64,000 nt of DNA. Source: Thermodesulfobacteriota bacterium (GTDB lineage Bacteria > Desulfobacterota > Desulfobacteria > Desulfobacterales > C00003060). The notes under the pieces were generated by a model, which did no database searches, was not told the DNA's origin, and worked only from the letters and a program-made list of their open reading frames with translations. Below are positions 37,338 to 47,257 of this stretch, one piece after another; positions within the stretch are counted from its first letter, which is position 1; every line of letters begins with the position of its first letter. A program made the translations under genes and the position numbers. The stretch spans positions 192,001-256,000 of the forward strand of contig JAXHVD010000001.1 of NCBI GenBank assembly GCA_034189385.1. Direction: 5' to 3'.

Positions 37338-39245
37338 ATGAACATCACTGCAAAAGCTTCTCTTATGCGCGCCTGCACCCTTTTCCTTCTGAGCCTGGTG
37401 GTGTATCTCCCAGCCATACCAGGGGATTTTCTCTGGGACGACAATATCCATCTCACTGACAATCTATTGACCAGAGAAAGCGGCCTCTTTCGTTCTTGGT
37501 TTACAACGGAGCAATGTAACTACTGGCCTTTGACCTGGACAGTACTTTGGGTGGGATGGCAATTTTGGGGATCGGATCCGCTAGGCTACCACGTCATTAA
37601 CATACTTCTGCACGCGGCTATTTCATTACTCATCTGGTGTATTTTACGGCGACTTCGGGTGCCAGGGGCCTGGCTTGCGGCAGTCATCTTTGTGGTGCAC
37701 CCAGTGAACGTGCAGACCGTGGCCTGGATTACCCAGATCAAGAATCTGTTAGCTATGTTTTTCTATTTGTTGGCTATACTTGGCTACCTAACATTCGAAC
37801 ATAAGAAACTAACGCGCTGGTATTTCTGCTCGCTCCTTGCCTTTCTTATGGCAGGTTTGAGCAAGACTTCGGTGGTCATGCTCCCGTTTGTGCTTATAGG
37901 GTGCGCTTGGTGGCAACGAGGTAAGATTTCCAGAGAAGACTTGATGAGAAGTCTCCCGTTCTTTGCCCTCGGCGGAGTCCTTGGTATTAATGAGATTTGG
38001 TTTCAGTACAGTTCGATAGGTGAGGATGTTGTCAGACCTGAGGGGTTCTTTTCTCGTCTTGCCGGGGCGGGTTGGGCCGTTTGGTTCTATTTGTATAAAG
38101 CCCTCATTCCCTACAAACTGAGTTTTATATATCCCCGATGGAATATAGACCCCGTCTCGATCATCTCTTATCTGCCTGCCATCATGTTGTTGGCGCTCTT
38201 TGTACTCTCCTGGCGTTATCGGGGACATTGGGGAAAGGCCTTTCTATTTGGACTCGGATACTTTGTGGTCACACTTTTTCCCGTACTGGGCTTTTTCGAC
38301 ATTAACTTCATGCGGTTTTCTCTGGTGGCGGATCACTGGCAGTATACCTCAATCATTGGCATCATTGCACTGGCAGTCGGGACAACAGTTTCTACTTGGC
38401 ATCATTGGCAAAGCCGACTCCGTAATTTGGGAATTGCCATTGCAGCCGTCCTGGTCGGCTTGCTCAGTGTTTTCACCTGGGTTCGGTGCCACGGTTATAG
38501 TAATCCGGAAGCACTTTACCGTAACACAATTGCCAAGAATCCCAAGGCATGGATGGCACACAGTAATTTGGGGACATTACTGGCGGCTGAAGGCAAGTTT
38601 GATGAGGCCATAGAGCATTGTTCCGAAGCCCTTCGCATCAACCCTACCCATGCGTGGATACATGGTGCCTTGGCCAATGCACTGGTTGGACAAGGAAGGT
38701 CTGATGCGGCCATTCGTCATTTCTATGAGGCCGTCAGACTCAAACCAGACTTCGCCGAAGCCCACAATGATCTCGGGCTAGCTTTAAAGAAGCAGGGCAG
38801 GGTGGATAAGGCTATCTCTCATTTTTCTGACGCAGTGAAGATTGAACCAGAATTCGTAGAGGCTTGTCTTAACTTAGGACTCACCCTGGCTGAACAGGGA
38901 AGGATCAATCAGGCGGTCCATCATTTTTCCGAGGTGGTGAGGCTTAAACCCGACTCGGCGGATGGGCATTACAGTCTTGGCCTCGGCCTTGCTTTGCTGG
39001 GCAACAGAGACAGAGCCGTTTTTCACTTTTCTGAAACATTGCGGATCAGACCGCATCATGCGGAAGCTCATCTCAACCTGGGCGCCGTGCTTGCGAGTCA
39101 AGGCAGACTCGACGACGCCATCCGCCATTTTTCAGAGGCCCTTCGAATCAAGCCTGACCTCGTTCAGGCGAAGCAGTATTTGACACAGGCCTTGAAGGAT
39201 AGTGGGCGGCCATTGGGGAAATGGAGCAGCCCTCCAGACCGCTGA
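37338..39245 (+). CDS. TMTC-like membrane glycosyltransferase (GT-C) with C-terminal TPR repeats
   Basis: FLWDD, YWPLT, GYHVINILLH, HPVNVQTVAWI, SKTS, ADHWQY, then about 6 TPRs. Confidence 0.85.
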   Translation: MNITAKASLMRACTLFLLSLVVYLPAIPGDFLWDDNIHLTDNLLTRESGLFRSWFTTEQCNYWPLTWTVLWVGWQFWGSDPLGYHVINILLHAAISLLIWCILRRLRVPGAWLAAVIFVVHPVNVQTVAWITQIKNLLAMFFYLLAILGYLTFEHKKLTRWYFCSLLAFLMAGLSKTSVVMLPFVLIGCAWWQRGKISREDLMRSLPFFALGGVLGINEIWFQYSSIGEDVVRPEGFFSRLAGAGWAVWFYLYKALIPYKLSFIYPRWNIDPVSIISYLPAIMLLALFVLSWRYRGHWGKAFLFGLGYFVVTLFPVLGFFDINFMRFSLVADHWQYTSIIGIIALAVGTTVSTWHHWQSRLRNLGIAIAAVLVGLLSVFTWVRCHGYSNPEALYRNTIAKNPKAWMAHSNLGTLLAAEGKFDEAIEHCSEALRINPTHAWIHGALANALVGQGRSDAAIRHFYEAVRLKPDFAEAHNDLGLALKKQGRVDKAISHFSDAVKIEPEFVEACLNLGLTLAEQGRINQAVHHFSEVVRLKPDSADGHYSLGLGLALLGNRDRAVFHFSETLRIRPHHAEAHLNLGAVLASQGRLDDAIRHFSEALRIKPDLVQAKQYLTQALKDSGRPLGKWSSPPDR

Positions 39246-39414
39246 CATGGAAGTCTTAATAAGACTGCAGCTTTTTTGTTTATACGCTTCCACCCCCAAC
39301 ACTGCTTTTTCCAGACGATTTAGCCTAAAAGTCTATTCTGCCTGCCACCGCAGCTGTTGTAGCTCAAGAAAGGCCTGCTATGATCAGGGAGGAACCAGGG
39401 GCACTGCTGAAGAG

Positions 39415-39635
39415 TTGAACCGAATAAGCGAGCGCATTCTCCATAGGAGAGCTACCGCAGCCCCTGCAGGTTCTGCCCGTTGGCGGTGCTTGCGCGGCAA
39501 AGGCTGCGGGGTTAGCGAGCATATAGTTAAAAAGAGAACAACCTTACGGTGAACATTGCCCGTGGGTTCTGCCTGACGGCAGTGGTTCTGTCCGTTGGCA
39601 GTGCTAGCGCGGCGCAGGCTACGGGGAGGGTTCAA
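39415..39635 (+). repeat. Palindromic dispersed element, copy D
   Basis: TTGAACCGAATAAGCGAGCGCATTCTCC...GGCTGCGGGGTTAGCGAGC...CCTTACGGTGAACATT...GGGGAGGGTTCAA. Confidence 0.88.
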
Positions 39636-39913
39636 AACAAGTTGATGTCATTTTCAAGGAAGTCCTTTAAAAAGTCATGCATTTCGATTCGTCCAAGTAT
39701 ATGAACCTCTTCTTAGTTTCCGGGGGGTATCTCCGTAATTGTCGGCACTCACATGACATACAGCAGACTGGGGTGTTCCCTTTTCGTTTCTAGGGAGGCT
39801 CCCGCCTGGGACCCGGTTCAAGGCCTTGACAATATCCTGCAATGGGTTATGAAAATCTTGGTAGCATCATTTCCGTTCCGGTTTTCACAGGACTTCAAGA
39901 AGGGAGGATCACG

Positions 39914-40402
39914 ATGAAGAAGTGTCTTATCATCATGGTAGTACTGGGGCTGGCCGTGGCTTGGTCATTTACCGGGCTTTGCCAGGACAAGGAAGAGCCG
40001 GCCCAGCGCGAAGGATACGGTCGCAGTTGGCAACTAGGGGGCCGGACAGGGTACGGCTGGGGTCCAGGTTATATGAGGGAGTACAGCTATGCCATGCCCC
40101 CTGATTACTCCATGCCGGGGCCCTTACAGTCTTTGAAGCCAGAGGACCGCAAGAAGTGGGAGAAGATGTGGGCCCAATACTTGATGGAGACCATGGAGAC
40201 CAGAAAGCAAATTGCCGTGAAGCGGATTGAATTAGAGACCCTTTGGGCCCAGCCGGATTTCGACCGGGCAAAGGTTGAGAAGCTTTCCAGTGAGCTGTCT
40301 GAGCTTTACAACCAGCGGATGAAGGCGTGTGACAAATACGTGATAAAGGCGCGGGGAGAGTTCGGGAAGCTCGGATGGGCCTGCCCGCTGGGGATATGGT
40401 GA
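39914..40402 (+). CDS. Periplasmic helical protein (ZraP/Spy/CpxP-like heavy-metal sensor)
   Basis: Signal peptide, Gly/Tyr/Met-rich GYGWGPGYM segment, LKPEDRKK and QPDFDRAKVEKLSSELSEL helices. Confidence 0.7.
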   Translation: MKKCLIIMVVLGLAVAWSFTGLCQDKEEPAQREGYGRSWQLGGRTGYGWGPGYMREYSYAMPPDYSMPGPLQSLKPEDRKKWEKMWAQYLMETMETRKQIAVKRIELETLWAQPDFDRAKVEKLSSELSELYNQRMKACDKYVIKARGEFGKLGWACPLGIW

Positions 40403-40589
40403 TCTGAAGCCCGGATCAGGCTTTTGTCGCCTCCGGTCCCAGAGGGTCATTTCTGTGGCTGGGGCCATTAGGGGCGCCTTTGATATTTGGTGTAGCGGCT
40501 GAATAGAATATTCACAGAATACAGGAAATGGAACTTGATATCGGCTTCGACGAGAGGTGCCAATGGGGGCTTCAACAAGGACCAAGAGG

Positions 40590-41207
40590 ATGGCAAGTAG
40601 GAAAAGATCCCTCACAATCCTTGTCATGATACTCTTTTCTTTGTTTGGACTACTCTGCGATAAGGCCCTGTCTCATCCACACGTATTCATTGTTCAGAGG
40701 ATAGAGATCGTTTTCGACGATAAAGGGTTGGCAGGCTTTGGAGTGGCTTGGACATTTGACGAGATGTTTTCCAGTATGATCGTGGGGGATTATGATAAGA
40801 ACCAGAACAGATCCTTGGAGCCAGATGAAATCAAAGCCATCAAAAAAGGCGCCTTTTCTTATCTATCGAACTATCATTACTTTACGTTTGTGAAAATTGA
40901 CGGACAACCCTTTGAGGTCAAGTTCGTCACGGATTTTTGGGCAGAGGTGAAGGAGAACAAGCTCATCTACAGATTCTTTGTCCCCTGTCACGTTGCCGCC
41001 AGATCTAGCCACAGGCACATTGTCGCGGCCAACTATGACCCTTCCTACTACACTGCCATCTTTTACGCAGAGGATCGTCCAGCAGCTTTGAAAAATGCAG
41101 GGGCGTTTGACGTAGGAACCGCTATCAGGCAAGATGCATCCACTTCCATATACTATGGCATGGTAAACCCTTGGGCGCTATTCTTAGATTTCCGAAAGAA
41201 GCAATGA
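40590..41207 (+). CDS. DUF1007 family periplasmic protein
   Basis: Signal peptide followed by HPHVFI, WTFDEMFS, YDPSYY. Confidence 0.88.
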   Translation: MASRKRSLTILVMILFSLFGLLCDKALSHPHVFIVQRIEIVFDDKGLAGFGVAWTFDEMFSSMIVGDYDKNQNRSLEPDEIKAIKKGAFSYLSNYHYFTFVKIDGQPFEVKFVTDFWAEVKENKLIYRFFVPCHVAARSSHRHIVAANYDPSYYTAIFYAEDRPAALKNAGAFDVGTAIRQDASTSIYYGMVNPWALFLDFRKKQ

Positions 41208-42112
41208 AGAAGAGACTTGTTACAATCATCCTATCATTGTTCATCGCCGCGCTGTCTGTATCTCTTTCCAGCGCCCAGAATCCCTTTGTGACTGAGCCCG
41301 AGACACCAAAGCCAGGGTCTGCCTCTGCCGTGAAGAGCCGGCTGTTTTTGAAAATTCAGATGTGGCAGTACGACTTGAAGGAAACAATGTCTGGGCTCGT
41401 TCACGAAGCCAAGGATAGGGGGAGCGTTCAGCCCTTAGCGTTGCTCTTTCTAGCGGCATTCGCATACGGGGCCATCCATGCAGCCGGGCCGGGACATGGC
41501 AAGGCGATCGCCCTATCCTATATCTTGTCTCGACGGCCGACCTTGTTTCAAGGAATGTTGTTCAGTAATTCCCTCGCTCTTTTTCACGGGGCATCTGGTA
41601 TCATTTTTGTCTTAGCAGTCCGTGTCATTCTGAATCACAGTGTCGCCAAAAACCTTGAAAACGTCACCTACATCACGCAAATTATAAGTTTCAGCCTCGT
41701 TTTTTGTCTTGGTGTGTGGCTCTTCGTGAAAAGCCTCATGGCGTTGAAAAGACGCAAACATGGTGAGAGGCCAGGCTGTTCTCATCAAAGAGGGTCCAAG
41801 CAGTACTCCGGCCCCGTTCTCTCCGCCTTGGCAGTTGGGATGATTCCGTGTTCAGGCGTGGTGATGGTCATGCTCTTTGCCTTGTCACTGGACCTGATGG
41901 TCTTGGGCTTGGCGTTGGGGGTGACGATTTCCGTGGGCATGGCCTTGACTGTCTCTATTGTGGTCCTCATGGCCATGTCAGGCAAGGCCCTGTCCGTTTC
42001 CGCGGCTTCGAAGCACGGGAACCTGCTCACTTATGTGGAGTCCTCCATCGAAATCGTTGCCGGGCTGGCACTAGCCATCCTGGGACTTTTGTTCCTGGGT
42101 GCTAACCTCTAG
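41204..42112 (+). CDS. Nickel/cobalt transporter (RcnA/NicO family)
   Basis: YGAIHAAGPGHGK, GMIPCSG; ATGA overlap with the DUF1007 gene. Confidence 0.88.
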   Translation: MKKRLVTIILSLFIAALSVSLSSAQNPFVTEPETPKPGSASAVKSRLFLKIQMWQYDLKETMSGLVHEAKDRGSVQPLALLFLAAFAYGAIHAAGPGHGKAIALSYILSRRPTLFQGMLFSNSLALFHGASGIIFVLAVRVILNHSVAKNLENVTYITQIISFSLVFCLGVWLFVKSLMALKRRKHGERPGCSHQRGSKQYSGPVLSALAVGMIPCSGVVMVMLFALSLDLMVLGLALGVTISVGMALTVSIVVLMAMSGKALSVSAASKHGNLLTYVESSIEIVAGLALAILGLLFLGANL

Positions 42113-42227
42113 TGCACACCAGTTTCTATTTTTGGCAATCCGTCGCACGCGTCGTACTTGGATTGGTATTCGATGGCCCGGGAACAGCTAATACTGGAGG
42201 GATGGAAGTCCCAAGCTGATCAACGGG

Positions 42228-42680
42228 TTACATGTGGGCTTTGCACTTGGGGCAGTAACCGAACACCTCAAACTTATGACCTTGGACCGCAAAACCGTAT
42301 TTCTCACCCAGCTTCTTTTCAATCCTCTTTAATGATTTCTCACTAAATTCAAAGGTCTTGCCACAGCCTACACACCGAAGATGGCAGTGGTGCTCGTGTC
42401 CGTAGATGTGTTCATAGTGTAAGTGGCCGTCCTCAAAATAGGCCTCTTGAATGAGGCCGCATTCCAGCAAATAGGGAATCAGGCGGTAGATGGAAGGTTT
42501 GGATATCTTCTTGTTCTTTTTTCTTAAGCGCAGATAGAGCTCATCCACGTCGAAGTGATCGTGAGTCGCGAAGATCTCCTTGATGATCGTCTCGCGCTCA
42601 GGGGTGTTTCGAAGGCCCTTTTTCCGAACAAACTCACGGAACACGTCTATTTCGGTTTTCGTCTGTTCTGCGCGAGCCAT
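42228..42680 (-). CDS. Fur family transcriptional regulator
   Basis: GLRNTPER, HFDVDELY, SIYR, HEHHCHLRCVGCG, GYCPKC. Confidence 0.93.
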   Translation of the reverse strand: MARAEQTKTEIDVFREFVRKKGLRNTPERETIIKEIFATHDHFDVDELYLRLRKKNKKISKPSIYRLIPYLLECGLIQEAYFEDGHLHYEHIYGHEHHCHLRCVGCGKTFEFSEKSLKRIEKKLGEKYGFAVQGHKFEVFGYCPKCKAHM

Positions 42681-42951
42681 AGAAGTTGATTTAACAGCTT
42701 ACATGGCTGTTGTCAATACGCAAAGCCGAAAGGAAATTGAGACACAGGTGCAGAAGCGCATCGTAGGATCATCGGCTGTTGGCGCCGACACCACCGGCTA
42801 GGGAGTTGGCGGACGCTTTGGTGTTGACCCAAGGCGTGGGCTATTATACTAAGATAGAAAGCAGAGCTTAGACGGCTGTAAGACGCCTCATTTGGATCAT
42901 TTTTTCTCTTCTTATCTCGCCCAAGGCTATGGGGTTGGAAAGGAGGCTGGC

Positions 42952-43338
42952 ATGAAGGTCGCCATCACTTCAAAGGGCAGAACCCTCGATTCTGAGGTAG
43001 AAACACGGTTTTCCCGCAGCCCTTTTTTTATCTTAGTGGATACGAAAACGGGGGGCTTGCATGCCCTCAAGAATCCAGGGGCGTCGGCTAAGGATGCCGC
43101 TTGTGTCGAAGCGGTGAGATTTCTGGTTGGTGAGGGCGTTCAAGTGGTGTTGACCGGCAACGTGGGACATAATGCCCTTATCACAATGCAGGATGCAAAC
43201 ATCCGGATCTATTTGGGGGCCACGGGCAGGGTTCGTGAAACCCTTGAAAAATTCCATAAGCGCAGACTGAGACGGGCCAGAGAACCCTCCGTGGGCTTTC
43301 AACATGGATTGGGGAAAGATACTATACTCAGAGGCTGA
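42952..43338 (+). CDS. NifB/NifX-like (dinitrogenase FeMo-cofactor biosynthesis domain) protein
   Basis: MKVAITS, RFSRSPFF, VVLTGNVGHNA; AAGGAGG RBS. Confidence 0.85.
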   Translation: MKVAITSKGRTLDSEVETRFSRSPFFILVDTKTGGLHALKNPGASAKDAACVEAVRFLVGEGVQVVLTGNVGHNALITMQDANIRIYLGATGRVRETLEKFHKRRLRRAREPSVGFQHGLGKDTILRG

Positions 43339-43460
43339 TGCACAAGGTTGTCTTTCGATATGAGAAGACGATTCCGAGATAATCCGTAGAAGGGAAAGAT
43401 CGTGACCGAAGTGGCAGCACCGGTGCCGAGGAAGGACCCCACCCTCGAAGACCTATTCGC

Positions 43461-43682
43461 TCACTCCAGCCACTCATAGATTTCCAGTTCATCGGAGTTG
43501 CATGCCTCGCAGCAGCTTGGACATGAAGCGCCGTGTAGCAATTTGCGGAATTTTGCCTTTCGGATCCACTGTTCCGACATGCCCCTCATGGCATGGGGTT
43601 CCACGCCGAAATGTACAGAAAGATCTGCGAGTGAAGCCACTCGCCATTCAGCGAAGAACGTCTTGACTCCGGGCGGGATCAT
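43461..43682 (-). CDS. FeoC-like winged-helix protein (possibly a remnant)
   Basis: ASLADLSVHF..EPHAMRGM..QWIRK..CPSCCEAC..EIYEW; no feoAB nearby. Confidence 0.65.
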   Translation of the reverse strand: MIPPGVKTFFAEWRVASLADLSVHFGVEPHAMRGMSEQWIRKAKFRKLLHGASCPSCCEACNSDELEIYEWLE

Positions 43683-44107
43683 AATTGCTTTCCCTGCCAG
43701 AGCGCCAAGAAGTAATTAAGAAAGACCCAGGATCAATAATCAGTATGGTGTTTCTTATCAAGAAAAACGTGGAGAAAAACTTTTTTCAGGCTTCTTTTTA
43801 CCTGAAAGTCTTAGCTAGTTATTGTATTTTAATTTTATCAGCGATTGATTTCCTGGGCTGACCAATGATCATTGGAGTGAAATAGCGATAAGATGCCTGT
43901 CGTTATGGGGCGTCAAACAGTTCTTTGAACGGGCCAAGGCGGTTTCCTGCGCTCAACGTATTGACGGACTGAGTCAACGGGACAGATAGTCTCTGCCTGA
44001 GGGCTTTGGACCTAATGATGTGGAAGGGTGGGCGCTAGGAGAGGATTTTGGACCTCTAGTTTTTGAAAAAGTGTTTTCAGAAAACTTGATGATCGGGGTA
44101 GATCCCT

Positions 44108-44752
44108 TCAGATGTTCTCGCGCCCATAGTCGCACAGCTTCAGTAGGGGGCATTCAGGGCACTTGGGCTTGCGGGCAGGACACAAGCGCCTTCCGTGCCA
44201 GATCATCTGGTGTGAAAAGTCTATCCAGTCGTCCTTGGGAATGAGGGCCATAAGATCAAACTCGATCTTCACCGGGTCCTTTTCTTTGGTCAGGCCGATC
44301 CGCTGAGACAGGCGCTTGACGTGGGTATCCACCACGATGCCTGGGATTCCAAAGGAGCTTCCCAGGACCACGTTGGCCGTCTTTCGCGCCACCCCCGGAA
44401 GCTTGACCAACTCCTCCATGGTCCTCGGTACCTTTCCACCGTAGTTCTCCACAAGCATGGTGCAGCACCCTTTGATACTCTTAGCCTTGTTACGAAAAAA
44501 ACCGGTGGACCGGATCATTTCCTCCAGTTCGGGAAGGGGAACCTCTGCGTAGTCCTTGGCCGTTCGCAGCTTTTTGAAAAGGGTCTTGGTCACCTCGTTG
44601 ACCCGTACATCCGTGCACTGGGCGGAGAGAATGGTGGCAATCAACATCTGAAGAGGGGTTCTGTGGTGCAGGGCACTCTTGACATCCGGATAGGTGCTTC
44701 TTAGAATCTTTAGTATTTTGTTAATTCGCGGCTTTGTGATCTTTTGAACCAT
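44108..44752 (-). CDS. nth: Endonuclease III
   Basis: ILSAQCTD, HhH LPGVARKTANV, VVDTHV, CPARKPKCPECPLLKLC 4Fe-4S motif. Confidence 0.96.
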   Translation of the reverse strand: MVQKITKPRINKILKILRSTYPDVKSALHHRTPLQMLIATILSAQCTDVRVNEVTKTLFKKLRTAKDYAEVPLPELEEMIRSTGFFRNKAKSIKGCCTMLVENYGGKVPRTMEELVKLPGVARKTANVVLGSSFGIPGIVVDTHVKRLSQRIGLTKEKDPVKIEFDLMALIPKDDWIDFSHQMIWHGRRLCPARKPKCPECPLLKLCDYGRENI

Positions 44753-44847
44753 GGTCTCTACCTCTATTCTCTGTATACTCTGGACTTCGGCGTGCGCCGG
44801 AGTGACAAGGTCTACGACTTATGATGAACTCATCAAAAGGAGACACT

Positions 44848-45858
44848 TTGAACAAAACGGAAAAAAAGACAAAGCCTAGTGTTGTCCGCGCCCTGGGGAT
44901 CTCCTCAGGGGGTCTGGACAGCATTCTTTCTGCCCTGGTGCTCAAGGATCAAGGCATCGAGGTGGCCTGGGTCAATTTTGAAACCCCATTTTTCAGTTCA
45001 CATAAGGCCCGTCGAGCGGCCCGCATGACAGGGATTCCCCTGTTCGTGAGAAACATCACGAAGGTCTACGTTGAAATGCTCAAAAATCCCAAGTGCGGCT
45101 ATGGAGGGCACATGAACCCTTGCCTTGATTGTCATGCCCTCATGTTTCAGCTCGCAGGAGCCCTAATGAAGAAAAAAGGGTTTGATTTTCTCTTCTCCGG
45201 CGAGGTTCTAGGCCAGCGCCCCATGTCCCAGACCAAGCCGTCGCTCCGCTACGTTGAAAAAAACTCCGGCTTTGAAGGCTACATCCTGCGGCCCTTGAGC
45301 GCCAAACGGCTGGCCCCTACCATTGCCGAACAGGAAGGCCTTGTGGACCGTGACCGCCTGTTAGATATCACCGGTCGGGGACGAAAGGAACAAATCAAGC
45401 TGGCAGAGGTCTTTGGCATTACCGATTACCCGGCTCCGGCCGGCGGATGTCTCCTTGCGGATGTGGGGTTTTCCAGGCGCCTTCGAGATCTCTTTGATCA
45501 CCAGCAGTCCTGTGAGGAGCGGGACTTTGAGCTTCTGAAGTACGGTCGTCACTTTCGTCTGGACGATGAACACAAGGTGATTGTGGGACGTACCAAGGAA
45601 GACAACAAACAGATCTCTACGCTTATGGATACAAAAAAGGACATCACGCTCCGCATGGCCGATATGGCGAGCCCAACAGTCCTGATTCCCAGCGGTGCCC
45701 CGGAAAAGATCATACACGATGCCGCAACCCTTTGTGCGACCTATAGCAAGGCCAAAGAGGGCACCAGCGCCCGTGTGTTCGTGAAGAGCCCCCGTGGTTC
45801 AAAGATAGTCACTATCTTGGTCGTTCCCCGCGAAACATGCTCTCAGTATCTTATATAA
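44848..45858 (+). CDS. PP-loop tRNA sulfur-transferase-like protein (ThiI/MnmA-related, DUF814-type C-terminus)
   Basis: SGGLDS, NPCLDCH, GEVLGQRPMSQ, PAGGCLL, GRHFRL. Confidence 0.82.
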   Translation: MNKTEKKTKPSVVRALGISSGGLDSILSALVLKDQGIEVAWVNFETPFFSSHKARRAARMTGIPLFVRNITKVYVEMLKNPKCGYGGHMNPCLDCHALMFQLAGALMKKKGFDFLFSGEVLGQRPMSQTKPSLRYVEKNSGFEGYILRPLSAKRLAPTIAEQEGLVDRDRLLDITGRGRKEQIKLAEVFGITDYPAPAGGCLLADVGFSRRLRDLFDHQQSCEERDFELLKYGRHFRLDDEHKVIVGRTKEDNKQISTLMDTKKDITLRMADMASPTVLIPSGAPEKIIHDAATLCATYSKAKEGTSARVFVKSPRGSKIVTILVVPRETCSQYLI

Positions 45859-45940
45859 CGTGTGAACGGGGCCGCATCCAAGCTAAATTCGAATGTCAAA
45901 TTTTCCAATGCTCGATAGAAAAGCCGTGGTATTGGTGGTC

Positions 45941-45970
45941 TGTGGAGAATGCCCTCGCTTATTCGGTTCA
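45941..45970 (-). repeat. Palindromic dispersed element, copy E (left end only)
   Basis: Reverse strand TGAACCGAATAAGCGAGGGCATTCTCCACA, just downstream of the stop codon at 45985. Confidence 0.75.
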
Positions 45971-45984
45971 TCCAGGCGGCCTTG

Positions 45985-46503
45985 CTACAGACTATCGTCT
46001 TCAATCCAAAATTCCCACCCGCAGTAATAGGCGTCCGGATGCTCGTCCGGCGGACATGCAATGCACCGGGTCTGAATCCTGGGATCTATTTCTGCGGCAA
46101 AGGTGCTGTACTCCACAATGCCTACCTCCTTGCAGGGAAAATCGGGCAAGCCGCGGCGCTTGCGGGCGCTCTGGACTCGGCAGTCGTTCATAAAAAAGAA
46201 AAGGCGGCCGTCTTTGAGCTCGCTATGTTGTTTGTTGAGTACGGCGTAAAGCCGGTAATCCAGAGCCTTTCTAAGGGCCTCAAGCCCGCCGGCCTCAGGC
46301 AGGCCCAAAAAGCCCTTGATCCGTTTGGCCTCAATGGGCGAAAAGCGGCTCCAGGCCTCGGCATCCAGATGGATGGCCTGTGCCATGCCATGGGCTCGCT
46401 CTACGGCCTGAAACCACAGGCCGTCATGGGCGAGCCAGTTCTTGGCAAAATTCTTGGCCAAACGAAGAAGTTGTTCGTGGGACAGTTTATCGATTGCTGA
46501 CAT
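45985..46503 (-). CDS. DUF6125-like hypothetical protein
   Basis: AKNWLAHDGLWF, CRVQSAR, FPCKEVG, CIACPPD, CGWEF. Confidence 0.8.
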   Translation of the reverse strand: MSAIDKLSHEQLLRLAKNFAKNWLAHDGLWFQAVERAHGMAQAIHLDAEAWSRFSPIEAKRIKGFLGLPEAGGLEALRKALDYRLYAVLNKQHSELKDGRLFFFMNDCRVQSARKRRGLPDFPCKEVGIVEYSTFAAEIDPRIQTRCIACPPDEHPDAYYCGWEFWIEDDSL

Positions 46504-46594
46504 GTTATTTCCCTTTACCAGATGCTCTCATTTGTAATGCCGGTGACGACAGGCGCTCTTTTTCACTCCAGATGCTCAAGGGGTGGAAGGCCCA

Positions 46595-47257
46595 TCACCG
46601 TAATTTTTGCCTTTCGGCTTGAAGCTTTCTTAAAGCTTGCCAGATCTCTTCCACTTGCCTTCTGGTGTTTTCAAGAGAACCTTCGTTGTTCACAACAAAG
46701 TCAGCATGCTCCAGCTTGTCATCAATAGGCAACTGGGCCTTGAGCATGTTGGCTGCCTCCTGTCTGCTGATGCCATCTCGCCTGGTGAGACGCTCTATTT
46801 GGAGCTCCTTGGGAATATAGACCACGATGACCCTGTCAAACAAAGACTGGGCGTTTTTTTCAATGAGAAGAGGCACCACCACCTGGATGATAGCCTCTTC
46901 GTCCTTCTCTGTGATGTTGTTGACCTCTTTGAGAAGTTCTTCAAAGATAAAGGGGTGGGTGGCCTCTTCCAGCCTTTTTCTCTTATCGGCATCCTGAAAA
47001 ACGATCTTCGAAAGCCTTTTCCGGTCCAAGGTGCCGTCTTCCTGAAGGAACTCATTGCCAAAGTAGTCAATGATTTCTCTTAGGCCAGGCGTGCCGCGTT
47101 CGACCACCCTCCTTGCAATCAAATCAAGATCGATCAAACCCGCACCGAGTTCTTGCAGTACGTTCGCTACGACAGTCTTTCCGGTGGCGATGCCACCGGT
47201 GACGCCTAGGAAGAGACCTTTCTTTTTTGATTTGATAGCCCCAGCGATCCTTTTCAT
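46595..47257 (-). CDS. coaE: Dephospho-CoA kinase
   Basis: GVTGGIATGKT, LDRKRL, THP, VPLLIE, QLPIDDK. Confidence 0.94.
   Translation of the reverse strand: MKRIAGAIKSKKKGLFLGVTGGIATGKTVVANVLQELGAGLIDLDLIARRVVERGTPGLREIIDYFGNEFLQEDGTLDRKRLSKIVFQDADKRKRLEEATHPFIFEELLKEVNNITEKDEEAIIQVVVPLLIEKNAQSLFDRVIVVYIPKELQIERLTRRDGISRQEAANMLKAQLPIDDKLEHADFVVNNEGSLENTRRQVEEIWQALRKLQAERQKLR

Noticed and set aside
36092..39635. Repeat copies as a CRISPR array
   Set aside because: Copies are kilobases apart, 100-220 bp long and variable; no regular repeat-spacer period and no cas genes.
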